64,000 nucleotides of DNA from Candidatus Bathyarchaeota archaeon (GTDB taxonomy: Archaea > Thermoproteota > Bathyarchaeia > Bathyarchaeales > Bathyarchaeaceae), in NCBI GenBank assembly GCA_050123155.1, contig JASFHP010000008.1, positions 15,186 to 79,185 on the forward strand, in the 5' to 3' direction. Positions 38,696 through 48,800 of this stretch are shown here, piece by piece (position 1 is the first letter of the stretch; every line of letters starts with the position of its first letter). Below the pieces are notes generated by a model. It was not told where the DNA came from and searched no databases. It was given only the letters and a program-made list of their open reading frames with translations. Position numbers and translations under genes: made by a program.

Positions 38696-38746
38696 GTCAA
38701 TTTTTCTTGACTATGCAGAGGTGTGGTTTGGTCAAGTTTTCTTGAC
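38696..38746. promoter_or_regulatory. Tandem GTCAA-N6-TTGAC palindromes
   Basis: GTCAATTTTTCTTGAC (38696-38711) and GTCAAGTTTTCTTGAC (38731-38746), in a divergent intergenic region. Confidence 0.45.
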
Positions 38747-38806
38747 AAAAACGCTTTTCAACGTTATCTAACGGAGTTATTATGGGGTATACCTGCAGTG
38801 TATAAA

Positions 38807-39997
38807 ATGAAGAAGACATTCTACCCTGCATTTTTAGTAACATTACTAGCAGGATTGGCTCTAGAGGGCACTACATGTTTTAGCATAGTGCAAGCTTCTA
38901 CAGAGGTTGCAGGCATAATCACTACGGATACTATTTGGACGCAGGCACATAGTCCATACTATCTTGCAGGAAACGTTCTTGTGGACAAAGGGGTAACCTT
39001 GACAATTGAATCGGGTGTGACTGTTAACTTCACTGACTCCGATTATTACATTCGAGTGGATGGCACTTTAATTGCTAGAGGAACCAATGAAAACCCCATT
39101 TACTTCAATTACGGCAGATCAATAAGGTTTACAGAAGACAGTAACGGATGGAAAGAGGAGACTGATGAAGGCTCTATAATCGAAAATGCAATTTTGACGC
39201 GTGTTGATTTAGAGGTGTATGGATCTCCAAAAGTAAATAATAACACTTTTGTGCGCAGCGGAATCGGGATTCAGAGAGGAAATGCTTCAATCGTAAATAA
39301 TTTTATTGATGGCACAATCTCTGTTTTAGCTGATTCACCTGAAATTGTGAACAACACGATTTTGGGCAAAGCAATATCTGATTCGTTAGGTCGCCCAGTT
39401 TACAAAGATTACGGGATTTACATCGACACTATGAATGGCGATGTTAGTGCCCTCATAGCGAATAACGTAGTTTCTGGTGATTTTACCCAAGCATCGATCA
39501 AAATAGACGGAGGTACGCCAATAATTGAAAGAAACTTGGTATCCAACAGTTATGGCTACGGTAGTGATTCTGACCGCCACCAATCGGGAATTCTAATCGA
39601 TAAACATGCAGAACCTATAATTCAAAACAACACCATTACAAAGAATGCTAGAGGAATCACTTGCGGTTCTTCGTTAGTAACGATAAGTTACAATAACTTA
39701 CACGACAATTCTGGTTACAACCTTTACTTGAGCTCAGGTTCGACAGGAGAACTTAATGCTACAAACAATTGGTGGGGCACAACTAACACTACATTAATCA
39801 GTCAATCAATCTATGACTTCGAGGAAGATTTTGACTTAGGCACTGTCACATTTGTCCCCTTTTTGACTGAACCAAACCCAGAAGAAATGTCTACTTCAAT
39901 CCCCGAGTTTCCCCCATGGACAATTTTGCCGCTGTTACTTACTGCAACTGTGCTAGTCATATTTTGCAGACGGAAACTGAAGACTATACAAGAGTAA
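38807..39997 (+). CDS. Secreted right-handed beta-helix protein with a PEF-type C-terminal sorting tail
   Basis: Signal peptide, WT...SPY, repeated I.NN.I turns, ATNNWWG, then IPEFP + TM + RRK. Confidence 0.85.
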   Translation: MKKTFYPAFLVTLLAGLALEGTTCFSIVQASTEVAGIITTDTIWTQAHSPYYLAGNVLVDKGVTLTIESGVTVNFTDSDYYIRVDGTLIARGTNENPIYFNYGRSIRFTEDSNGWKEETDEGSIIENAILTRVDLEVYGSPKVNNNTFVRSGIGIQRGNASIVNNFIDGTISVLADSPEIVNNTILGKAISDSLGRPVYKDYGIYIDTMNGDVSALIANNVVSGDFTQASIKIDGGTPIIERNLVSNSYGYGSDSDRHQSGILIDKHAEPIIQNNTITKNARGITCGSSLVTISYNNLHDNSGYNLYLSSGSTGELNATNNWWGTTNTTLISQSIYDFEEDFDLGTVTFVPFLTEPNPEEMSTSIPEFPPWTILPLLLTATVLVIFCRRKLKTIQE

Positions 39998-40010
39998 CAA
40001 ACGAAGCCTT

Positions 40011-40045
40011 CATATTAGGAGACTAATAGAGGTACATTGTTGAAA
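40011..40045. repeat. Dispersed 35-bp intergenic element, copy C
   Basis: CATATTAGGAGACTAATAGAGGTACATTGTTGAAA. Confidence 0.85.
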
Positions 40046-40111
40046 TCAGTCTTTTTTCTGTTTTTCCAAGCAAGACAATTATTTGTTCTTATGTGCTGGG
40101 TGTTAACCAAA

Positions 40112-41152
40112 TCAAACAGGCTCAAGGTACTCTTTCTCCCTTGTAGCCGTGCCCACAACAACCTGATAGCTGACCGCGCCAGTTTCAACGTTTTCCACCC
40201 GCTCCAGCGTCCCCGAAACCTTAACCCTGTCTCCCCTACGAGCCACATTCCGGTAGTAACCAATCATAGATAACACCCTTGCTGGTACCTGTTCTTCTGA
40301 CAGTTCTGACGCTGAATCGTCTGGCTGATAGTCTCTAATCGGGTAGATTGCTGGCCTGAACATGTTCTCGCTGTCATCCACAACCTCGCAACTGAAACTG
40401 ACATTCTTGACTGGCGTGTACCTCATTTTTCCGTGCTGAGCATCTATCTCGTCATATTTTCTTACAGCATTGTACACGAAACGCCTATCGTTATAGCGCC
40501 CCCTATGCTTTCTTGCATGATCAATCTTCTTGGTGCAAACATACGAGAACACACCCTCATCAGCAAGCCTGTTAACCGCAGCTTCCAACTTCTTGAAATT
40601 CTGGGAACCATAAACCACAAGATCAATATCCGAATACTCAGAATGCATATTCAACCCAACAGACCCGTGAATCCCAAAATCTTGGATGGGCACCTGCGAT
40701 TCCTTGGAGAGCAACGAAACCAGCTCCACAGTCTCGTTCTGCAAGGCATCTCTCTCTTCTTTTTTGAATATCGCCTGCAGGCACTCGCCCGGTGAAAACA
40801 CCTTTTTTATTTTGTCTAATTGAACGCTTAAAACCTCTTTACCTCTAAAGGGACAACAATACAGATGATGCGGGAAATTCTTTCTGAGTGCCTCAACGAA
40901 TTTCTGATAGTTCTGTGGCGTGTAAAGCTTCTCTGGTCTGGAGAGTTCCCTGTTTTCGAGGTTCCACTTCTGTTTGAGAAACCGTATGGGAAAATGATGC
41001 GCCAAGCTGGAGGGAATATATTTCAGAAATGCGAAAACCCGATTCCCCGGATGCTCATATCCAAAAACGTAGAAAATAAAACCTTCTTTGGTGAGAAGCG
41101 TTTCACCGTCTCTGGGAACCCAATCTTTCGCTGCCAAACCAGTCATCCTCAA
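40112..41152 (-). CDS. Uncharacterised pol-beta-superfamily nucleotidyltransferase, paralog 2
   Basis: GIHGSVG...[13 protein letters not shown]...GYEHP...KYIP. Confidence 0.82.
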   Translation of the reverse strand: MRMTGLAAKDWVPRDGETLLTKEGFIFYVFGYEHPGNRVFAFLKYIPSSLAHHFPIRFLKQKWNLENRELSRPEKLYTPQNYQKFVEALRKNFPHHLYCCPFRGKEVLSVQLDKIKKVFSPGECLQAIFKKEERDALQNETVELVSLLSKESQVPIQDFGIHGSVGLNMHSEYSDIDLVVYGSQNFKKLEAAVNRLADEGVFSYVCTKKIDHARKHRGRYNDRRFVYNAVRKYDEIDAQHGKMRYTPVKNVSFSCEVVDDSENMFRPAIYPIRDYQPDDSASELSEEQVPARVLSMIGYYRNVARRGDRVKVSGTLERVENVETGAVSYQVVVGTATREKEYLEPV

Positions 41153-41276
41153 TGCTAAGACAGCAAACCTTGCAGACCACCATCAGCTTTAAACATTTCC
41201 TGAAATGTGGCTAACCAAAAAAGGGTGTGGGTTAATCCACAAAGTTTGCGGCTCACAAAAAGGCGGAGCCACTAAT

Positions 41277-42329
41277 TTACTGGTCGACGTACTTGGTATC
41301 GGAGGTCACTGAAGTTCCGTTTGCCGTTATGGGGTACGCTCCACAGGTTTTGCATACAGTGGCGTTTTCGGGGACGTTAGAGTGACATTGCGGACAGGTT
41401 CTTGCATCTGGGTCTTTGGCGTGGGGTACACCCACAACTTCTCTGTAGGCTTCATAGTAAATCAGCTGCTCCTTATCGCGGATTGTGACGTTGTCTCTTT
41501 CCAGAATCTTCTTCTTCTTTGATGCAAACTCTGAGTCAGAGATTTTCTTTGCCAGATACTTGGGCAATATTGTGGTGCCGGAACCAACTTCTATGGGGTT
41601 CTTGTCTCTCCATCTGACCTCAGGCGGAAGCACATCCTCGTAGGCTTTGCGGAGAATCCATTTGCCCCAAACTTCTCCCCGCTCCTCCTGAACGTTATAT
41701 CTTGGGTCCAAGTTCATGGCGAACCTCTGAACTTCCGGGTCTAGAAAGGGCTGTTTCACTTCGATGCCAAAATGTTTGCCCAATGCTCCTGTGGAAAACG
41801 CCATTATTCCCCACATTTTCTTCAACTTTTCGCTTAGCTTCTCTTTGTCTCCCACATACCGGTAATACATGTGATAGCCCGCGAAGAGCTCATCTGCTCC
41901 GTCTCCAGTGATCAGTTTGGTTGAGCCGTAAGATTTGGCGAATTTCAGTCCGATCGTGATTGTTATGCTGTTGCGGACTTCCATGGGATCAAAGCACTCC
42001 AAAATTTTGACAACATCTGGAATCGCAGCAAACACTTGGTCTTCGTCGAAGGGGTTCATGTAATGTTCAATGTTTAATCGTTTAGCCATCAGCTTAGCGT
42101 ATTTGATGTCCAACGCGTTGGCTTGTTTGAATGCGCAGGTGAAGCCTCTGATGCGAACATGTTTTGCTACGATAGTTGCTAGGATGCTTGTGTCTATGCC
42201 CCCAGAAAAGAGCATGTCCTCTGTCAGGTTTTTCTCTACAGATTTTTCAAGTAGTGCCCGCAGCTCAGCAGCAACTTCGTCCACGTTTGCCAGAATATCT
42301 TCTTTTTCTGCAGCTCCCATAATATACAC
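41277..42329 (-). CDS. Asparagine-synthase-like ATP pyrophosphatase (no glutaminase domain) with a C-terminal Zn ribbon
   Basis: FSGGIDTS, TGDGADELFAGY, PFLD, KWILRKA, CPQC...CKTC. Confidence 0.85.
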   Translation of the reverse strand: MYIMGAAEKEDILANVDEVAAELRALLEKSVEKNLTEDMLFSGGIDTSILATIVAKHVRIRGFTCAFKQANALDIKYAKLMAKRLNIEHYMNPFDEDQVFAAIPDVVKILECFDPMEVRNSITITIGLKFAKSYGSTKLITGDGADELFAGYHMYYRYVGDKEKLSEKLKKMWGIMAFSTGALGKHFGIEVKQPFLDPEVQRFAMNLDPRYNVQEERGEVWGKWILRKAYEDVLPPEVRWRDKNPIEVGSGTTILPKYLAKKISDSEFASKKKKILERDNVTIRDKEQLIYYEAYREVVGVPHAKDPDARTCPQCHSNVPENATVCKTCGAYPITANGTSVTSDTKYVDQ

Positions 42330-42570
42330 CTTTATTCAATAGAACAACCCAATATTACAGTTTTATATATAAACATTTTCCTGTAACTGAAGAAAATCCC
42401 GTCTATACGCCAAATAAATGAACAAACATTCAAAAAAACACTCCCTAGTTGACTGTACAACTGAATGCTTGACCCCTTTCACCACTATCTTACTAATCAG
42501 CTAGAAGAAAGGTAACTGTTAATAAACAACTAGAACATTTATTCAAACCCAATCTGGAAAAGGAACCGTT

Positions 42571-43275
42571 ATGGAGAACCAGTTCGATTGGAAAGCAAAA
42601 ACAGCATTCCTATGTTACATTGCATTGGCTGCTGGAGTTATTGTGGGAAGCATCATAGTAGCCATCATGCTGCTCGGGTTGGGGCTCGACCTTCAGGAAT
42701 CGAGTTTTCCAATTGCCCTAATATCTCTTCCAATCACTGAAGGCATAATCCTCGGAATCACGCTTCTGTTCGCTAAACATGAAGGCGCAAGTTTAAGAAA
42801 ACTGGGTTTAAAAAAACCAAGCCTCAAAATAATAGTAATCGTATCCGTTGCTGCAATGCTTCTTCTCTTTTTAGCTGGAAGCATTTCCTTGGTTGAAGAA
42901 ATTGTTCTTGGTCCAGACCCAGAGGCAGAACTTCTTACAGAGGCTTTACTGCCCAGAGACTCGTTACAATTGATTGCCCTGATTGGCATCTCACTAGCCC
43001 TAGTTGGACCAGTTGAAGAATTAGCTTTCAGAGGTTTTGTGCAGAGGGGGTTTGAAAACTCGTTCGGGAATACAGCGGGTCTGTTGATTGCCTCTATCTT
43101 GTTCGGTCTCTTGCATGGACTCAATTCTTTGCGGGCTATCCTTCCGGTAACTGTTGTCAGCTTGTTTCTGGGTTATATCTGGCAGAAAACTGATGGAAAC
43201 ACGGTTGCATCAGCTTGGATGCATGGGCTCTACGACGCAATAGCCATAGCAATAACATATTTTGCTTACGCCTAA
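42571..43275 (+). CDS. CPBP (CAAX/Rce1-like) intramembrane protease
   Basis: EELAFRG, FGLLH, HGLYD. Confidence 0.9.
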   Translation: MENQFDWKAKTAFLCYIALAAGVIVGSIIVAIMLLGLGLDLQESSFPIALISLPITEGIILGITLLFAKHEGASLRKLGLKKPSLKIIVIVSVAAMLLLFLAGSISLVEEIVLGPDPEAELLTEALLPRDSLQLIALIGISLALVGPVEELAFRGFVQRGFENSFGNTAGLLIASILFGLLHGLNSLRAILPVTVVSLFLGYIWQKTDGNTVASAWMHGLYDAIAIAITYFAYA

Positions 43276-43332
43276 AGCAATCCACCCATCCTCGGTTAAG
43301 TATAATAGTGTCTTTTCGAGACTGTTGAGGGT

Positions 43333-44379
43333 ATGCGTGGCTTCAGGGACCGAGATTTTCTTCAAACCAGTGAAGGCTTCTTTTTTTGTGTAGTTGGTCC
43401 GTTGCATCCGCCCGAAAGGGTCATCTCCTACATCAAGTACGTTCCCTCAGAATCTGGCATCTGGGGAAAAGACGAAAAAATGTTCAGCAGAATATTACAG
43501 CAATACACGATTCCGAATCTGCTGGAAACCTTCAGCTATCTAGAGACAAACTATCCCCATTACCTGTTCCATTCTCCCGTAGATAACATCACCATAACCG
43601 CGGTCCCTCACCGAAACATAAAGGAACATTTCAAGCCAGAAAAAAAGCTGTCTCAACTGAGGCAAGCATCGCAAATAGACTCGTTACAGCAGAAACTGAT
43701 TAGATTCACAAGGTTTTTGGAGGAAACGAGCGGTGTTCCCGAGAAGTCGTTTGGGGTAACCGGTTCACTTCTTCTTGATATTCATCAGCCCAAATTTTCA
43801 GACCTTGACGTAACTGTATATGGCGTGAAGGACAGCTGGCTTCTGCACAAAGCCTTGAGCGAAAACCGCTATTCTGAGATTCCTATGAAACGTCTCAAAG
43901 GAAAAGCTCTCAAAGAGTGGTGCATCAGAAAAGCTGAGCAGTATCCTCTGTCACCGGCGGAAGCATCAAAGATTTATGAACGGAAGTGGAATCTAGGGGT
44001 TTTTGGGGACAAGTGGGTTTCTATCCACCCGGTCAAGCTTGAAAACGAGGTTACCGGAGAATACGGCGAAGCAACCTATCATCCCTGTGGTCAAGTAACC
44101 ATCCGAGCCGTTGTTCGCGACAACACCGACTGCCTTTTTCTTCCTTCGGTCTATCAACTCAAGGAAGTGGAGGTTCTGGAAGGTCCCCAGCTTGGCAAGG
44201 TCACCGAAGTTGTTTCTTACGAGAGTCTATATGACAGTCTAGCTGAAAATGGCGAAACCATCCAAGCCAAAGGTAAACTTGAGCGTTTCACAGAAAAGGG
44301 AAGCAGCCGAGAACATTATCGTGTTCTGGTAGGTTCTCCTGAAGGCAAAGGTAAAGAATACGTAAAATTGCAGGGTTAG
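43333..44379 (+). CDS. Uncharacterised pol-beta-superfamily nucleotidyltransferase, paralog 3
   Basis: GVTGSLL...SDLDVTVYG, RDRD...GPLHP...KYVP. Confidence 0.82.
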   Translation: MRGFRDRDFLQTSEGFFFCVVGPLHPPERVISYIKYVPSESGIWGKDEKMFSRILQQYTIPNLLETFSYLETNYPHYLFHSPVDNITITAVPHRNIKEHFKPEKKLSQLRQASQIDSLQQKLIRFTRFLEETSGVPEKSFGVTGSLLLDIHQPKFSDLDVTVYGVKDSWLLHKALSENRYSEIPMKRLKGKALKEWCIRKAEQYPLSPAEASKIYERKWNLGVFGDKWVSIHPVKLENEVTGEYGEATYHPCGQVTIRAVVRDNTDCLFLPSVYQLKEVEVLEGPQLGKVTEVVSYESLYDSLAENGETIQAKGKLERFTEKGSSREHYRVLVGSPEGKGKEYVKLQG

Positions 44380-44395
44380 CCGCAAAAAAGGTGGG

Positions 44396-45358
44396 CTACT
44401 CCAGATTCAACACTTCTTTCAGAACGCCTTGATAAGGACCAAGCTTGCCTCCGTAATTTCCAGCCGTAATCTTCACAACGCCCGGAACCTTGATTGCAGC
44501 CATTATTCCCACACACATAGCCTTTTTCACAGTTTTCTGGTTCAAACCGTTTATTACAATCTCAAGGACACTGCCAACATCTTCAGAAAGTTTAGAGTCT
44601 GGTACCAGCTTTCTGAGAGTGGGACAGTATGGATGATTGGTTGATGCTGGAAGCTTGTAATTCAGTGACCCCACCTTAGATCCTGCCCTGCAGAGACCAC
44701 CCGGGAAAGGCATAATTGCCCCTCTGATACTCTTGCTGATTGCTTCTTTTGCTTCCTCTGATGCTTTAAGCGCAGTCTTCCAGTCCTTTGCTAGGATGAG
44801 CATGTTTCCGCTGGCAACAGCCCTCATGATGCCGAAGTCGTCTTCAACAATAAATTCGCCCTCCATAACTGGAATGCGCCAAACTTTTCTTCCCCCAACC
44901 TCACCCTCCTTTTGGAAGCCATCTCCGAAGAGGCGCAGGCTTCTCCCTATCTTCACTCTGCGTTTGGCTTTAGGTAGGCCGTCGAAGGCTGCTGTTGTTG
45001 GGCACGTCATGACGCACTGTCCGATTCTTAGACTCATCTGGTGCTTGAGTGCACCTCTTGAGCTGTGGTAGATTTGGATAATGGCTCCTGGGCGTCCGTC
45101 TGGTGTTTCTTTGGGGGATACGAGAGTTTCTACTGCCGCTTCTGCTGGTGACATGATGATTGACGATGCGAAGCCAGCTGCGGTTCTTGCCGCGATTAAA
45201 GCCCATTTCTCGTTAGCGGCTGTTATCAACACTCTGCCTGCCCACATGGGAAACATTTCTGCGAAAGTATCCTCTATTCTAACTGTTTCTTTTCGTCCAG
45301 GCACCTTTATAATAAAATCATCCTTTTCTTTTTTTACAACTTCAAGTTTTGCCATCAT
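44396..45358 (-). CDS. ftr: Formylmethanofuran--tetrahydromethanopterin formyltransferase
   Basis: IEDTFAEMF, TPDGRPG, RIGQCVMTCPT, GSKVGS, ITAGNYGGKLG. Start is probably 45358 or 45355. Confidence 0.93.
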   Translation of the reverse strand: MMAKLEVVKKEKDDFIIKVPGRKETVRIEDTFAEMFPMWAGRVLITAANEKWALIAARTAAGFASSIIMSPAEAAVETLVSPKETPDGRPGAIIQIYHSSRGALKHQMSLRIGQCVMTCPTTAAFDGLPKAKRRVKIGRSLRLFGDGFQKEGEVGGRKVWRIPVMEGEFIVEDDFGIMRAVASGNMLILAKDWKTALKASEEAKEAISKSIRGAIMPFPGGLCRAGSKVGSLNYKLPASTNHPYCPTLRKLVPDSKLSEDVGSVLEIVINGLNQKTVKKAMCVGIMAAIKVPGVVKITAGNYGGKLGPYQGVLKEVLNLE

Positions 45359-45847
45359 GTTTTGCTCCGTTAAATTTTGTTTTGTTCCGCTCCGAAACAC
45401 ATCGTAAACCGATTCGAGAAGTTCTCATCTTCATTTACACTTTTAGATGTTACGGTATTTTGTGACGGTGATTTTTGTTGTTCTGCAAAGAAAATTGTTT
45501 CAGAGAACATTGATGAATCCAACCACTCACTATGAATCAAACAGTCCTTCATGTATCTGTTGTTCTAGTTCCTCGATGAGTGGCATGGTCACGATGTAGT
45601 ATGTATCGTGTTTCAGCGATAATGTTGTTCTTTTGGGAGAGGAAGTTGGTTTTAACCGAAAAATAAATAAAGTGACGGTATATGGACGGTATATGGAGAG
45701 CGGATTAAGAGGTAACGTGTCTTTTCTCGGAGAGAGAAACAAAAGGAAATGTGTGAACGCTTGAAAGAATTACGAAATTTCGGGAACAGGGGAGAAGTAA
45801 CCTCGAATACGCGAGAAAAGGCGCTAAAAAGCTTACGGAGGTTCTAG

Positions 45848-48800
45848 ATGGGGAGACAGGTTAGCAAACAAAAAAGGCGCTTGGCGGAAGAAGATGCGGA
45901 GAAAGTGAGAGAAGATTATGTACAGAAAATGAGAGATAATTATCCTCTTATTATCCGCACCCTTATGCACGACCTCATTTTTAGTGTTGATAAAGACGGC
46001 AATCTTGTGTTTTTGAATGATGCAGCCGTTGAATTCTTGGGTATGCCAAGTGAAGAAATCATAGGAACCCATTTCGTAGATTACTTGTATCCTGAAGACG
46101 TAAAAAAAACACAGGCCGCCCTTCAAGAGATAATCAAAAGCAAGGGTCAGGTTAAAGGTTTAATCATCAGAGTGAAGAGTCCAAGGGGAGCAAGAAAAGT
46201 AGCATTGAACGCAGTTGCAATATTTGACGAAGAAGGAAATCATGTGGGGATACAAGCAACTGGCAAAGACCTCACAGACCTCCTGCGCACTGAAGAAGAA
46301 CTGGAGCAGTCACGTAGCCATTTTCGACGGTTGTTCGAAGTTCTGGTGGACCCCGTTGTAATCGTGGACATGAATGGAAAGATTTTGGAACTCTCACAAT
46401 CGGCGGAAGAAATACTGGAATTCCCAAGAGAGGATCTTGTTGGAAAGCAATTTATGGAAAATGATGTTGTCACGGATAAAAGCAAAGCTATGATGATGAA
46501 AACTCTGGAGAAGCTGAAAAAGGGTGAGTATGCCCCACCACACACTATTGAGGTGGTCACAAAAGACGGAAAGAAGCTGCTTTACGAGTCGACTCCTACG
46601 AAGCTAATGTACAAAGGCGAACCAGCAATCTTAGGTATATTTCGCAGCATTACTGAACAGAAGAAGGCTGAGGAGAAACTACAAGCTTCTGAAATGCGGT
46701 TTAAGTATTTTCTAGAGAATGCTCCTGAAGCAATTTGGGTGCAAGATCTTGTTGGCACTTTTCTTGATGGAAATAAACTGGCAGAGGAGCTGACTGGCTA
46801 CAAGAAGGAAGAATTGATTGGAAAAAGCATGTTAGAGATGAATCTTGTTCCATCAGAATATATACCAATAGCTATGGAGGCGTTCAAAGCAAACAAACCT
46901 GGAGAAATAAGTGGACCAAATGAGTTAGAGTTGATAAGAAAAGATGGGAGCTTAGTTTCTGTTGAGGCATCCACTATCCCCGTTGAAAGGGACGGAAAAA
47001 TCGAGATTATTGGCATAGCAAGAGACATCACCGACCGCAAGAATGCGGAAGAGGCGCTGAAAGAGAGTGAGAAGCGGTCTAGAGAGTTGAGTGATTTACT
47101 TCCTGAAGTTGTTTTTGAAACGGATGCGACTGGGCGGCTTACATTTGTGAACCAGATAGCGTTTGATCAGTTTGGTTATTCTCAGGAGGATTTTGATAAA
47201 GGTTTGAATGCTGCTCAGATGTTGATTCCAGAGGATCGAGACAGAGCCATGGAAGAAATTGATAGAGTATTGAGTGGAGCCGACGTAGATTTTACAGAAT
47301 ATACTGCATTGAGGAAAGACGGTAGCACCTTTCCGATTATGATCCACTCCACTCCTATTATTCGTGGAAATATGCCTGTGGGATTAAGAGGAATAATCGT
47401 AGACATCACTGAACGCAAAAAAATGGAGAATGTGCTGAAGGAAAGTGAGGAAAAGTATAGGACTGTCTTTGAAGGCGCCACTGACGGCATCGCTGCTTTA
47501 GATCCTAAAACAATGAAAGTTATTTTCACTAACCCCAAAATGACCGAAATAACGGGTTATCCTCTTGACGAGTTGCTCAACGCAACTATTATTGACTTTG
47601 TTCCCAAAGATGAACTGTCTTTGGTAATACAGCAGTTCCAGAACCATGTGGGAGGAAAGAGAGACCTTACTAGATACATACCCGTTGTGAGAAAAGATAA
47701 AACAAAGATCTATTGCGACGTCCGTTCTAAGTTCCTAAATATCGGAAACCAACAATATTTGATGGCATTTGTCAGAGACGTTACTGAACAGAAGAAGGCT
47801 GAAGAGGCACTCAAAGAGAGTGAGAAACGATTCAGAGAGCTGAGTGAATTGCTTCCTGAAATTGTTTTTGAAACAGATGCGACTGGGGAGCTCACATTTG
47901 TGAACAAAGCTACGCTTGATTCTACTGGTTATTCTCAGGAGGATTTTGATAAAGGTTTGAATGCACTTCAGCTGGTGGTTGCCGAGGATCGAGATAACAT
48001 CAAGAAAAGTATTGGTGAGCTATTGAGTGGCAAAAAGATAGGCACTAGTGAGTATACTGCATTGAGGAAAGACGGCAGCACATTCCCAATTATCATACAC
48101 TCCAATTCCATCACTCGCGAAAATAGAGTTGTGGGCATGAGAGGACTAATTGTAGACATCACCGACCGCAAGAGAGCGGAAGAGGCGCTCAAGGAGTCGG
48201 AGGAACGTTTCCGGAGTACACTTGATAACATGATGGAAGGTTGCCAAATTGTCGATTACAACTGGCGTTATCTCTACGTTAATGATGCAGGTGCAAGACA
48301 TGCTCATTTGGCGAAGAAAGATTTGCTTGGCAAAACAATCATGGAAACGCAGCCGGGAATTGAAAAGACAGAATTGTTTGCGGTCTTACGCAGATGCATG
48401 AACGAACGCGTGCCCGCACACATGGAATATGAGTTTTTGTATCCCAACGGTGAAAGAAATTGGTTTGAACTCAGCATTGAACCCATGCCTGACGGCATCT
48501 TTGTAATATCAATAGACATTAACGACCGCAAGCGTGCAGAAAAAGAACTGATTCGTCTATCTAATGCTGTAAGAATGTCTAACGATAGCATAGTGATCAG
48601 TGACCTTGATGGAACAATTCTGGACGTAAATGAGGCTAGCCTGAAAATGCACGGCACTGACGACAAAAGCGACCTGATTGGAACCAACGCCTTCGGTCTT
48701 GTCGCTCCTGAAGATCAAGAAAAAGCGTTAGCAGGCATGAAAGAGGTGCTGGAAAAGGGGTACGTCCAAAGTCGAGAGTATCAAATTGTCACCAATGATG

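Noticed and set aside
12231-40045. The 35-bp repeats as CRISPR repeats (they end in TTGAAA) or as dif sites
   Set aside because: The copies are kilobases apart, with no spacers and no cas genes. They also lack the TATAA-N6-TTATA arms of archaeal dif sites.
36193-44379. Lasso-peptide or mycofactocin-like RiPP cluster (Asn-synthase-like, NTase, creatininase, CPBP)
   Set aside because: No precursor peptide, RRE/B protein or radical SAM gene is visible, and the genes are not in a single operon.
37557-44379. The NTases as CBASS cyclases or MNT-HEPN toxin-antitoxin systems
   Set aside because: No effector, Cap or HEPN genes are adjacent. Size and C-terminal domain do not fit.
45370-45742. Short minus-strand ORFs between ftr and the kinase
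   Set aside because: No motif or clear RBS. Probably promoter DNA, although a decayed small gene cannot be excluded.
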